Below, piece after piece: positions 1 to 8,749 of a stretch of DNA of 64,000 nucleotides. Within the stretch, counting starts at the first letter, position 1. The number at the start of each line of letters is the position of its first letter. Location of the stretch: contig JAYUFZ010000010.1 in the NCBI GenBank assembly GCA_043767845.1, positions 7,182-71,181 on the forward strand, in the 5' to 3' direction. The DNA comes from a bacterium. Lineage in GTDB: Bacteria; Patescibacteriota; Saccharimonadia; UBA4664; JBBRNT01. The notes under the pieces were generated by a model, which ran no database searches, was not told the origin of the DNA, and was given only the letters and a program-made list of their open reading frames with translations. The translations under genes and the position numbers were made by a program.

Positions 1-71
1 AGCGGGTAGCGGGAATCGGACCCGCGTCTCAACCTTGGGAAGGTCGCGTTCTACCACTGAACCATACCCGC
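1..71 (-). tRNA. tRNA-Gly (anticodon CCC); 3' side at window edge (discriminator = nt 1, CCA not within window)
   Basis: Reverse complement folds as a cloverleaf: acceptor GCGGGTA/TACCCGC, D-arm GTTC-AGTGGTA-GAAC, anticodon arm CGACC-TTCCCAA-GGTTG (anticodon CCC), T-arm GCGGG-TCCGATT-CCCGC. Confidence 0.8.
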
Positions 72-147
72 TCGTTGTGCGATCAGATTCAATGGTACAA
101 GTCAGAATCGGCTTAGGCAAGGGGAGTGAGGCGATCTGGACCCTGTC

Positions 148-156
148 TGGTATAAT
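148..156 (+). promoter_or_regulatory. Extended -10 promoter element TGgTATAAT only 6 nt upstream of the ATG at 163 (predicts a leaderless mRNA)
   Basis: tggtataat at 148-156 with ATG at 163; no room for a Shine-Dalgarno sequence. Confidence 0.5.
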
Positions 157-162
157 ACTTCC

Positions 163-564
163 ATGAAGCGAATCTCGCTCAGGGCCCTGCCAAACCGAAT
201 CACTAGCTATGTGTTGCACCTCCGTGGGCAACGCATTTTTCGCGATAAGCTGAGCGTCGCCGTGGCGGCGCTGAGTCTTGGGCTCAATCTGCTAACCCTG
301 GTGCTTTTGATCATGCGCCTGCGTCCGACGGAGTTTCTCGTACCCATCAGGTATTCAAGCATCACCGGGTTTGACATGCTTGGATCGTGGTACGAAATAT
401 ACAGTATCGGCTTTTTCGGGCTGTTCATTACGCTAGCCAATACTTTCTTGGCGATGAAGGCCTTCAATCGGAGCCGCATTACCAGCTTTTTTCTGCTTGG
501 CTCAAGCCTGGTTGTCGGCATCCTTTGCCTCATCATTAGCTTAGCCTTCGTGGCGGTCATCTAA
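163..564 (+). CDS. Small polytopic membrane protein, first gene of the GT2 operon (TAATG overlap with the next gene)
   Basis: ORF with several hydrophobic helices; stop overlaps the start of the 564 ORF (taATGa). Confidence 0.55.
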   Translation: MKRISLRALPNRITSYVLHLRGQRIFRDKLSVAVAALSLGLNLLTLVLLIMRLRPTEFLVPIRYSSITGFDMLGSWYEIYSIGFFGLFITLANTFLAMKAFNRSRITSFFLLGSSLVVGILCLIISLAFVAVI

Positions 565-2261
565 TGACCGAGAAAACCATTAAGGCATATCAGGATTTGG
601 CCGATAAACACTGGTTCATCCGGTTGCTTGAAATTACGCCAGGCTTCATCACCTGGGCTTTTATCATGATGCCAGTCATCCTCAGCCGCTTCGAACCGGT
701 GTGGGTAGCCTACTTCATTATTGGTTTTGACCTCATCTGGTTGGCAAAATCTTTCCGCCTGAGCTACTATCTTGTTCGCGGCTACACCAAGCTCCGACGT
801 GACCAAAAGATCGACTGGCAAAAGCGTTTAGCGCAGCTTGGCAATCCAGGTGGGGCTATCGCATCGTTGCAAAGGGAGTTGAAAGAGTTGTCTTCCGAAC
901 CCGTTGCCGGTCACTGGTGGGGTTATTTTAGCCGTAAGGGCTGGCGCTGGATTGTAAAACACCGTGGGCTGGTGGCCTCTATTCGCGAGCTCGAAGACCT
1001 GGCTTACCACAAGAATGTCATTCTCGATCCCAAAGACATCATCAATGTTGTAATAATAGCAACTTATAACGAATCGTTAGAGATACTCGAGCCCTCGTTA
1101 GAATCACTTTTAACAGTTAACTACCCCTTATCTCAGCTGATGGTGGTATTCGCCTATGAAGAACGTGGGGGAGCGGCAACCGAATCGAACGTCAACTACC
1201 TGGTCGAAAAGTATGGATCGAAATTCGCTATGACTATGGCTGTTAAACATCCAGTTGATATACCCGGGGAAGCCATCGGTAAGGGCGCCAATATTAGTTT
1301 TGCAGCCCGCAAGCTTACGGCCGAGCTAGAAAAGCGTAAAATAGCACCAGAGAATGTTATAATTACAACATTTGACTCTGACCACAGACCCGATGAGCAA
1401 TACTTTGCCTACCTGAGTTACGTCTATGCCATCAATCCCAACCGCACCCATAAGTCGTACCAGCCGGTTCCTATGTTCTATAACAATATCTGGGATGTTC
1501 CAGCCCCGATGCGAGTTATAGCTACTGGTAATTCTTTCTGGGTCATCATGGAAGCTATGCGGCCGCACCGGTTGCGCAATTTTGCGGCGCACGCGCAAAG
1601 CCTTAAGACATTGATCGATACCGATTACTGGAGCATCACCTCAATAGTCGAGGATGGACACCAGTACTGGCGGACCTACTTCACCTACAACGGTGATCAT
1701 CAGGTGGTGCCACTGTTTATCCCGGTCTATCAGGACGCGGTGCTGGCAGATGGATATATTAAGACTTTTAAAGTCCAGTATTTGCAGTTGCGGCGCTGGG
1801 CTTGGGGGATATCCGACTTCCCATATGTGGTACGCCAGTCTATGAAGAATCGCCAGATCGCCTTGGGTGACAAGTTAATTCATATTTGGCGGCTGTTTGA
1901 GGGCCACTTTAGTTGGGCTACGGCGCCATTGATCCTAACTTTTGTTGCTTGGCTGCCGCTCTACCTTAACCCCCGTTTTGCTGACATGCTGCTGGCCCAT
2001 CAGCTACCGATCATCGCCAGCCGTATCCTAAACCTTGCCATGCTTGGTCTGAGCATCACAGTTATTATTAGTCTTATATCGCTTCCGCCACGGCCCAAAC
2101 GCTATGGGCGGGGGAAGATTATTGAGGTGGTTGCACAGTGGTTGCTACTGCCAATCATCGCCATTGTTTTTAGCGCCTTCACTGCTATTGACTCACAAAC
2201 CAGGCTGATGCTGGGCAAATACCTTGATTTCCGGGTGACTGATAAGGCACGTAAGCAATGA
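564..2261 (+). CDS. Processive family-2 glycosyltransferase (cellulose synthase/NodC/PgaC-like membrane beta-glycan synthase)
   Basis: N-terminal VVIIATYNESLEILEPSLESL, D-x-D-like TFDSDH and QLRRW (QxxRW processivity motif), flanked by N- and C-terminal TM helices. Confidence 0.75.
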   Translation: MTEKTIKAYQDLADKHWFIRLLEITPGFITWAFIMMPVILSRFEPVWVAYFIIGFDLIWLAKSFRLSYYLVRGYTKLRRDQKIDWQKRLAQLGNPGGAIASLQRELKELSSEPVAGHWWGYFSRKGWRWIVKHRGLVASIRELEDLAYHKNVILDPKDIINVVIIATYNESLEILEPSLESLLTVNYPLSQLMVVFAYEERGGAATESNVNYLVEKYGSKFAMTMAVKHPVDIPGEAIGKGANISFAARKLTAELEKRKIAPENVIITTFDSDHRPDEQYFAYLSYVYAINPNRTHKSYQPVPMFYNNIWDVPAPMRVIATGNSFWVIMEAMRPHRLRNFAAHAQSLKTLIDTDYWSITSIVEDGHQYWRTYFTYNGDHQVVPLFIPVYQDAVLADGYIKTFKVQYLQLRRWAWGISDFPYVVRQSMKNRQIALGDKLIHIWRLFEGHFSWATAPLILTFVAWLPLYLNPRFADMLLAHQLPIIASRILNLAMLGLSITVIISLISLPPRPKRYGRGKIIEVVAQWLLLPIIAIVFSAFTAIDSQTRLMLGKYLDFRVTDKARKQ

Positions 2262-3322
2262 GCTACTGGCTAGCCTTCATACTGGCGGTAGTCGTAGCCT
2301 ATGGGGCGACGCCACTGGTCATGCGGCTTTCGAAGCGCCTCGGTGTCTACGATCAGCCCGGCGGCCGCAAAATCCACACCAGGCCGGTAGCTCGACTTGG
2401 AGGACTAGCCATAGCCCTCAGTTTCATCACACTTGTGCTGGTGTTCTTACCGATAAGCCGCCAGCTGCTGGGGCTGCTTGGCGGAGTCGTAATCCTGGTA
2501 ACCGTCGGCGCGCTCGACGATAAGTTCGATCTCAGCCCCTGGGTAAAATTGGGTTGGCAAATTGTCGCTGCGCTGGTGGCACTTGGTGGGGGGATTGGGG
2601 TGCAAGCGGTTACCAATCCATTCGGCGGCACGATTCTACTAGATTGGGGCCGTTTTGCTGTCAACTATGGCCCGCTGCACTTCCACGTAACACCACTCGG
2701 GAACCTACTAACCATCCTGTGGATGGTGGGTGTTATTAACGCTATTAATTTCCTTGATGGGCTCGACGGACTGGCCGCCGGTGTATCGAGTATCGCCGCC
2801 GCCATCATGTTCTTGGTGGCAGTCAGCCCGCACATCCGGCAGCCGGAGGTCGCTATGCTTGCAATCATCGTCTGCGGAGCCACTTTAGGCTTTCTGCCGT
2901 TTAATTTCTTCCCGGCCAAGATCTTCATGGGGGATTCGGGTTCCTACTTTTTAGGGCTTGTCTTGTCGCTCCTAGCCATCTACTCAGGAGCCAAGCTGGC
3001 CACGGCTACGCTTGTCTTGGGGCTGCCAATTATCGACTCGCTTTGGGCAGTGCTCCGGCGGCTCTACCATAAGACATCGCCCTTTAAACCAGATCGCGGG
3101 CATTTGCACCACATGATGCTTGATGCTGGCCTGACCCAGCGTCAGTCGGTGGCTATCTTTTATGCCATATCCGCTACCTTTGGGTTGATAGCCGTCTTTG
3201 CCGGCACATCCGGCAAGCTCGTCGCACTAGTGGCGATGGTACTCTTCATATGGCTGCTCATGACTCGATTACTGTTGGTCTCAGTCACTAGGCAGCGCCG
3301 ATCGGCTACAGGCAAGCTATAG
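2258..3322 (+). CDS. Polyprenyl-phosphate N-acetylhexosamine-1-phosphate transferase (MraY/WecA/TagO family, GT4 superfamily)
   Basis: NAINFLDGLDGLAAG and FMGDSGSYFLG motifs; about 10 TM helices; ATGA overlap with the upstream GT2 gene. Confidence 0.8.
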   Translation: MSYWLAFILAVVVAYGATPLVMRLSKRLGVYDQPGGRKIHTRPVARLGGLAIALSFITLVLVFLPISRQLLGLLGGVVILVTVGALDDKFDLSPWVKLGWQIVAALVALGGGIGVQAVTNPFGGTILLDWGRFAVNYGPLHFHVTPLGNLLTILWMVGVINAINFLDGLDGLAAGVSSIAAAIMFLVAVSPHIRQPEVAMLAIIVCGATLGFLPFNFFPAKIFMGDSGSYFLGLVLSLLAIYSGAKLATATLVLGLPIIDSLWAVLRRLYHKTSPFKPDRGHLHHMMLDAGLTQRQSVAIFYAISATFGLIAVFAGTSGKLVALVAMVLFIWLLMTRLLLVSVTRQRRSATGKL

Positions 3323-3379
3323 ATTGTCAGATCTGGCTCCGGCTGCTATAATAGTCCCATCTTAAGTGGGGTATGCATT

Positions 3380-3718
3380 GTGAGTCGTAAATATCTACAG
3401 GACTTGATCAAGAACCTGCAAGAGTTTTACAAATGCCCAACTTGTGATACGAACTATCACTTTGATGATATTAAGTTTCTCGGGCAGATCGACCAGTATT
3501 GCTTCGTGCAGCTGAGCTGCCACAATTGTTCACTACCGGTGCTAGCTACCGTTTCTGCTGGCGAGAAGAAGCTCGGCGGCCGTAAGAAAACCGACTTGCG
3601 AAGCAAAGAGAAGGCCAAGTTTGCCACTAAGGGGCAGATTAGCTCGGATGAAATAGCTGGCTTCCATGCCTTTATCCGTGATTTCCAGGGTAGCCTGTCG
3701 GATCTGCACCACTCCTAA
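3380..3718 (+). CDS. Hypothetical zinc-ribbon protein (CPTC...CHNC), GTG start
   Basis: Two CxxC pairs; basic C-terminal half; upstream of rplY. Confidence 0.4.
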   Translation: MSRKYLQDLIKNLQEFYKCPTCDTNYHFDDIKFLGQIDQYCFVQLSCHNCSLPVLATVSAGEKKLGGRKKTDLRSKEKAKFATKGQISSDEIAGFHAFIRDFQGSLSDLHHS

Positions 3719-3757
3719 AATAGTTAACTGAAAGGTTGGCCACTCGGCCAAAATTGT

Positions 3758-4411
3758 ATGGATAAGATTGTACTCGAATTACATAAACGGACCGAAAAGG
3801 GCAAGGCTAATGCCAAGCTGCGCGCCGAAGGTATGACCCCTGGCGTTGTTTATGGCCACGGCGCCGAGCCAGAGTCAGTAAAGGTTCCAACCAAGGAGCT
3901 TACGAAGGTCTTTAACCAAGCTGGTTGGAGCAAGATTATAGGACTAAAGATCGATGGTACTCGCCAGACCAATGCCCTCATCCAAGATGTTCAGCACAAC
4001 CCGTTGACTGGTGGTATTAACCATGCGGATTTCTACCTGGTACGTATGGACGAAAAGCTTGAGACCGAGGTTCCATTGCACTTTATTGGCGAGTCCACAG
4101 CCGTCTACCAGATGGAAGGCACATTGGTTAAGACTATGGAGACGCTTGAGGTTCGCGCCTTACCCGGCGACCTGCCCGAGAGCATTGAAGTTGATATCTC
4201 AGTTCTCGATGATTTTGAGAAGACTATCCATGTTAGTGACTTGAAGGTTCCGAAGGGTGTCGAAGTATTGGCTGACCCCGAAGAGCTAGTTGTGAAGGTT
4301 GACGCGCCGCGCAGTGATGAAGAGATGGCCGCCCTGGATACCGAAGTAGTTGAAGAACTACCAGAAGGTGTTGCTGATGAACCAGTAGCCGAAGAGGAAG
4401 CTGGCAAGTAA
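3758..4411 (+). CDS. rplY: 50S ribosomal protein L25 (general stress protein Ctc form, with acidic C-terminal extension)
   Basis: N-terminus MDKIVLELHKRTEKGKANAKLRAEGMTPGVVYGHG and L25 beta-barrel signature; 217 aa Ctc-type length. Confidence 0.85.
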   Translation: MDKIVLELHKRTEKGKANAKLRAEGMTPGVVYGHGAEPESVKVPTKELTKVFNQAGWSKIIGLKIDGTRQTNALIQDVQHNPLTGGINHADFYLVRMDEKLETEVPLHFIGESTAVYQMEGTLVKTMETLEVRALPGDLPESIEVDISVLDDFEKTIHVSDLKVPKGVEVLADPEELVVKVDAPRSDEEMAALDTEVVEELPEGVADEPVAEEEAGK

Positions 4412-4429
4412 AAGCTTTGTTCGATGAAT

Positions 4430-4462
4430 AAGAATCCCCCCGCCAATGGCTGGGGGATTCTT
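4430..4462. terminator. Bidirectional hairpin between convergent rplY and nrdR
   Basis: aagaatccccc-gccaatggct-gggggattctt perfect 11-bp stem. Confidence 0.6.
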
Positions 4463-4463
4463 A

Positions 4464-4910
4464 TTACTGGTACTTTTTCAGTTCTCGCTTGAGTTGGGCG
4501 TCGTTTGCTAGGTCGGTTTGGTAGGCAAGGTAGCGTAGGAAGGCTGCCGTGTTGTAGTGCTTGAGGGTAATGAGCACAATTCGGGCGATGTCAGAGCTTT
4601 GAATTTCACGCTGCTTGCTATCAAGGATCTTTGCCTCCACAGTGTCGGTAATCCCATCAACTGTTGTTTCCTTAGCTGGAATGCTCAGGAAGGCACCATA
4701 GATTCCCGAATAGAGTTTGGCGCGTGAGTAGCGCTGCTTTTTCTTGGTTTTTTTAATGACCTTCAGGAAGCCGAGGTCCGGGGCTTCGTAGGTAGTAAAG
4801 GATTCGTGGCAGGCTAGGCATTTCCGGCGGCGCCAAATCTGCGTCCCAAAGCGGGTTGGCCTGGAGTTAAAAACATCAGTTGTAGTTTCACGGCAAAATG
4901 GACATTTCAT
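4464..4910 (-). CDS. nrdR: Transcriptional repressor NrdR (zinc ribbon + ATP-cone)
   Basis: MKCPFCRETTTDVFNSRPT...RRRKCLACHESFTTYE matches the NrdR N-terminal zinc ribbon; ATP-cone follows. Confidence 0.9.
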   Translation of the reverse strand: MKCPFCRETTTDVFNSRPTRFGTQIWRRRKCLACHESFTTYEAPDLGFLKVIKKTKKKQRYSRAKLYSGIYGAFLSIPAKETTVDGITDTVEAKILDSKQREIQSSDIARIVLITLKHYNTAAFLRYLAYQTDLANDAQLKRELKKYQ

Positions 4911-5072
4911 GTCTATATATTGTCATATGACTGGTAAAAAGGCGAGTGGAAAACTTTAGTCTAATGGGGAAAAAGGGTCGGGTAGTTGCCCAAAACATGC
5001 CCACTGGTAGCGCTATGATCTTTCGCTTAGGCTACTACAATCTGAAGTGACCCCACGAACATGGAGTAGCAC

Positions 5073-5852
5073 ATGAACAACTTAAAGCCCTACATTGGCA
5101 TTACTGGTCTGACTGAGCGTAGTCAAACCGACTATCTGCTCGATCAAACTTATCAGCTGGGCTGGCCTTACTCCCGGAAGCTGATGCTCGGGTACCTGGT
5201 CGGCTACAAGGGATTGGCTTTCGGAGAGATAGCCAATCCCGAGCAATATATACCGCGAAACAATATTGAGTCTGTCATGCTGACCAATGAGCATGCTATG
5301 AATATCATTCACTATAATAGCCGGGCGTCTGGACTTTACCTGCAATTGTCAGACCTGTTGCGACCGATGCAATTAGTCGATGGCGTGCAGCTGAATATTG
5401 CTTGGCCAGCCGTTGCTCAACTTCGTCGTTTTCGACGCTGGAACTATTGTCGAGTTATCTTGCAACTTGGTCGGACATCAGTTCGGCTTATAGCCGGAGA
5501 TTGTCGGCTGCTTGTTGACCGCCTGAGGCCATACGAACAGTTTATCGACTATGTTTTGATCGACATGAGCGATGGCAACGGTATCCACTTCGATCTCAAA
5601 CTAGCAGAGCAGATGATCACCGCGCTGGTGTTAAGCGGGCTCGATATTCGTTGGGCCGTGGCCGGTGGGCTGTCGGCCGGGGGAGTCGAGCGCCTTGCGC
5701 CGCTACTGGATATCTACCCCGAGCTATCTTGGGATGCTACCGGCAAGCTGCGCGACAGAGCCGACAAGCTCGACCCCGGTGCCTGCCGAGCTTATCTAGA
5801 ATCGAGTTTGGGGATGGCTCGGCGTTTTGGGGCTTTTGAACTGGAGGCTTAA
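5073..5852 (+). CDS. TIM-barrel protein with phosphoribosylanthranilate-isomerase (TrpF)-like C-terminal motifs; orphan (no other trp genes nearby)
   Basis: IDYVLIDMSDGNGIHFDL and RWAVAGGLSAGGVERL resemble the TrpF phosphate-binding segments; the rest is divergent. Confidence 0.35.
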   Translation: MNNLKPYIGITGLTERSQTDYLLDQTYQLGWPYSRKLMLGYLVGYKGLAFGEIANPEQYIPRNNIESVMLTNEHAMNIIHYNSRASGLYLQLSDLLRPMQLVDGVQLNIAWPAVAQLRRFRRWNYCRVILQLGRTSVRLIAGDCRLLVDRLRPYEQFIDYVLIDMSDGNGIHFDLKLAEQMITALVLSGLDIRWAVAGGLSAGGVERLAPLLDIYPELSWDATGKLRDRADKLDPGACRAYLESSLGMARRFGAFELEA

Positions 5853-5929
5853 CCGAAGTGCTAACGCTTGAAAACCTGGCGCAAAGCTAGTAGAGTAGGC
5901 GACAACCAAGCTACCTGAGAGGAGTCACA

Positions 5930-6523
5930 GTGGATGACGGGCTGGTTGTGATAGTGTCCGGACCCTCTGGGTGCGGTAAGGGAACCATTGTGTCGTACTT
6001 GCGCGATTCAGACAAGATCGACTTCGCTTTGACAAAATCTGATACTAGTCGTGAGAAGCGGCCAGGGGACCCAAATGACGCCTACAACTTCATTAGCCGT
6101 GAGGAGTTTGAGAGTAGGATCAGGGCGAGCTATTACCTCGAATACAATGAATTCGCTGGCAACTACTACGGTACACCCATTGCCCAGGTAGAAACCGCCC
6201 GCGAAGCCCGCAAGGTTACGCTGCTTGAGGTGAATGTCGACGGTGCGCTCAATATCCGTAAGCGTATACCGGCAGCTAAGCTGATCTTCATCCAGTCGCC
6301 TGGTCGGATCACCAACATCCGGCGCTTGCGCCACCGAGGAACATCATGGTACCAGGTCTACCGAAGGACAGCTGAGTCATTTCGCGAGTATGTTCTAGCA
6401 CCTTTCTTCGATCACCGGGAAGTTAACTTCACTAATAGCGAGCGCCAGATTGCAGACACAATCGAGGCACTGATCGTCTCTGGCCAATACCGGGCCAGCG
6501 GCCAATCGACTGTCGCCGCATAG
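5930..6523 (+). CDS. gmk: Guanylate kinase
   Basis: P-loop VSGPSGCGKGT; YYLEYNEFAGNYYGT matches the Gmk GMP-binding segment. Confidence 0.85.
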   Translation: MDDGLVVIVSGPSGCGKGTIVSYLRDSDKIDFALTKSDTSREKRPGDPNDAYNFISREEFESRIRASYYLEYNEFAGNYYGTPIAQVETAREARKVTLLEVNVDGALNIRKRIPAAKLIFIQSPGRITNIRRLRHRGTSWYQVYRRTAESFREYVLAPFFDHREVNFTNSERQIADTIEALIVSGQYRASGQSTVAA

Positions 6524-6556
6524 CCATCTCTCCATCAGGAGAGGTGGTTCTTTTTT
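6524..6556 (+). terminator. Intrinsic terminator after gmk
   Basis: ccatctctcc-atcag-gagaggtgg stem followed by ttctttttt. Confidence 0.6.
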
Positions 6557-6600
6557 GTCTAACAATTCTAGACCCGCGCTCTATGCTCGTCTTAGTACGC

Positions 6601-7845
6601 CTACCCTAGTAATTCCTTAGCCACCTTCGGCGCATTCCCGAAACCAATTCGATCAGTTACCCGCTTGGCTGTTAGGTGGCGGGCAGGGACTATGGTATGA
6701 CGGCCATAGCGTTGCTCAATCTCATCGAGCGCTCGGCTGAGGTTATTGTTTCGCTGAGTCTCAAAAAGACTCAGCGGTTGGGCGGCTGACGGTATAAGGT
6801 CGAAAGTGATCACCGATATGAGTCGGACGGCCTTATGGAGCGGAGCGTCGCTTAGTAGCTCAGTAACTTTTTCGAACAACCCGATTGAGTCAGTAAAAAG
6901 GGCAGTCTTGCGACGAGCCTTGGACCAATAGCTGCGGTCGGAGTAGCGCAGACCAACTGCCACGCTCGAGGCCGAGAAGCCGCCCACCCGCAAGCGGGTA
7001 GCGACCTTATAGCTCAGCTGGCTAGCAATGCTCAAAATCTGTTCCTTGGAGCGGCTAGCCGGTCCGCCGAGAGTTGTCTGATGGCCAATCATACTGCGCT
7101 TTGTCGGTTTTTGGTCTACTTCATAGCCGCGCAGCCGCAAGTACCAAGCCTGTCCAGGCATGCCAAAGGCTTTGGTGAGCAGGGCATAGGGCGCATGGTA
7201 AAAATCAATCGGTCGGTAGATACCTAGGTCACCCAGCCGTCTTGCCATCCGCCAAGAAATGCCTTGCAAGTCGGTCAACTGTAAACTGCTGTAGAATTCG
7301 ATTAGTTCATCCGGTTCTGGGCGGATACTTGAAAGGCCATTAACCTTGCGCACCCGCGTACCCATTTTAGCTAGAAACATATTACTAGAAATACCAACTG
7401 AACAGTTTAGCCAGTCACCGACATCCCAGATGAGTGCCTTGATATCATGACCAACCGCCTCGGCCTTCAGCCACAGGTCCCGGGGTGCAAGCAGGAATGC
7501 TTCATCGATGCTTTTTATACTGACTTGGCAGCGGGTTTGGTCGAGTGCTTCCATTACTCGCCGATGGTAATCGCGATACAGCCCGACGTTATCGCTGACA
7601 AGAATTATTTCCGGGCATAATCGCCGGGCTTCAGGAATTGGCGTGCCAGTTTTTATGCCCAGGCGCTTAGCTTCGACTGAAGCCGCGATAATACAAGTAC
7701 TGTCATGGACAAAAGGGCAAACACCCACGGGTTTTCCACGCCACTCCGGCCGGACCTGTTGTTCGACAGACGCAAAGAAAGAATTCATATCGACAAACAG
7801 GGCCTGGCCAAAGTTTGGCTGGTGGCTGAGCATCTGCTCTAGCAT
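6601..7845 (-). CDS. dinB: Y-family DNA polymerase (DNA polymerase IV / DinB-type)
   Basis: ALFVDMNSFFASVEQ (catalytic Asp region) and SIKSIDEAFL (catalytic D-E motif); little-finger domain follows. Confidence 0.85.
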   Translation of the reverse strand: MLEQMLSHQPNFGQALFVDMNSFFASVEQQVRPEWRGKPVGVCPFVHDSTCIIAASVEAKRLGIKTGTPIPEARRLCPEIILVSDNVGLYRDYHRRVMEALDQTRCQVSIKSIDEAFLLAPRDLWLKAEAVGHDIKALIWDVGDWLNCSVGISSNMFLAKMGTRVRKVNGLSSIRPEPDELIEFYSSLQLTDLQGISWRMARRLGDLGIYRPIDFYHAPYALLTKAFGMPGQAWYLRLRGYEVDQKPTKRSMIGHQTTLGGPASRSKEQILSIASQLSYKVATRLRVGGFSASSVAVGLRYSDRSYWSKARRKTALFTDSIGLFEKVTELLSDAPLHKAVRLISVITFDLIPSAAQPLSLFETQRNNNLSRALDEIEQRYGRHTIVPARHLTAKRVTDRIGFGNAPKVAKELLG

Positions 7846-7857
7846 GATTGGCCTGTA

Positions 7858-8295
7858 CTAGCGGGCGGCAACAAGCTCGTCACTAGCTTTCGTATTCTCA
7901 CGTAGCTGCTTCTCGTTTTGCCGAGCCTTTAAATACTTGAGCAAACCCCAGCACTGCTTAATGACCGCAGTGTAATCTTCAACGAGCTTAGTAGTATCGC
8001 CATGTTTCTGGTCGGCGTGAGCAGCGAGCAGTTTCTTGGCGTGCTCGGCTTCTGCTACAGCGGATTGTAAATTATCGATCTTGAGCGTATAGCTGTAGCG
8101 CTGATGGGCCTCATAGATATAGTGCGAGACCGCTGTGCTGGCACGGTGCAGGTCGTTCGCCAAACGGTAGGCCTCCTCCTTTGGCAGCTTACTCGCTAAC
8201 TTGAGTACAGTTTTCTCGAGCTCATAGGCGAGTGTGTAAACTCGCAGGTTTTGTATTGATGATTCGGCCATTGTAAATCCTCCCTTATGTGTCAC
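7858..8295 (-). CDS. Four-helix-bundle protein (23S rRNA-intervening-sequence-protein-like family), immediately upstream of dinB
   Basis: LRVYTLAYELEKTVLKLASKLPKEEAYRLANDLHRASTAVSHYIYEA fits the KEE..Y.L..QL.RAS.S...NI.EG four-helix-bundle pattern; low-confidence family call. Confidence 0.45.
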   Translation of the reverse strand: MTHKGGFTMAESSIQNLRVYTLAYELEKTVLKLASKLPKEEAYRLANDLHRASTAVSHYIYEAHQRYSYTLKIDNLQSAVAEAEHAKKLLAAHADQKHGDTTKLVEDYTAVIKQCWGLLKYLKARQNEKQLRENTKASDELVAAR

Positions 8296-8396
8296 CTGGG
8301 CTCCAACGCGCCCAGGCTTTAAATAGTGTCACCTCACCTCGCAATCACTATAAACGAACATAAACCGAACAGTCAAGACAAAAAATAATAAAGTTG

Positions 8397-8672
8397 TCAG
8401 AGCTGTATTGGATCATCATTATAGCCGTCGAGTGACGCAAGATCACTTTGGAGTTGGGCGAGCTGCTCCTCGCTCAGGGTCAGCGGGATCTCATCCTTTG
8501 AATTCTCGCTGAAAGCTTTTTCGAGCTGGTCGAAGTTGCTATAGGCTTCCAACTGTTCAAAGAATACTGAAAACTCATCGTCCAATTGCAAACCCTCATA
8601 ACTTAAAGTAGTAAATTCTTCTTTTGGCGAAGAGACTAGATATAGAATAGCAGCTAGCAAATCCAAAGACAA
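8397..8672 (-). CDS. Hypothetical small acidic protein
   Basis: 91-aa ORF, highly acidic (D/E rich), downstream of the CdaR-like pair. Confidence 0.35.
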   Translation of the reverse strand: MSLDLLAAILYLVSSPKEEFTTLSYEGLQLDDEFSVFFEQLEAYSNFDQLEKAFSENSKDEIPLTLSEEQLAQLQSDLASLDGYNDDPIQL

Positions 8673-8749
8673 AGTCTAAAGCACCAATAATTAGTTGGTG
8701 AGGGATGAATAATTTGTAAGAATGTTAGAAAACCTAATGCTTATAGTGT

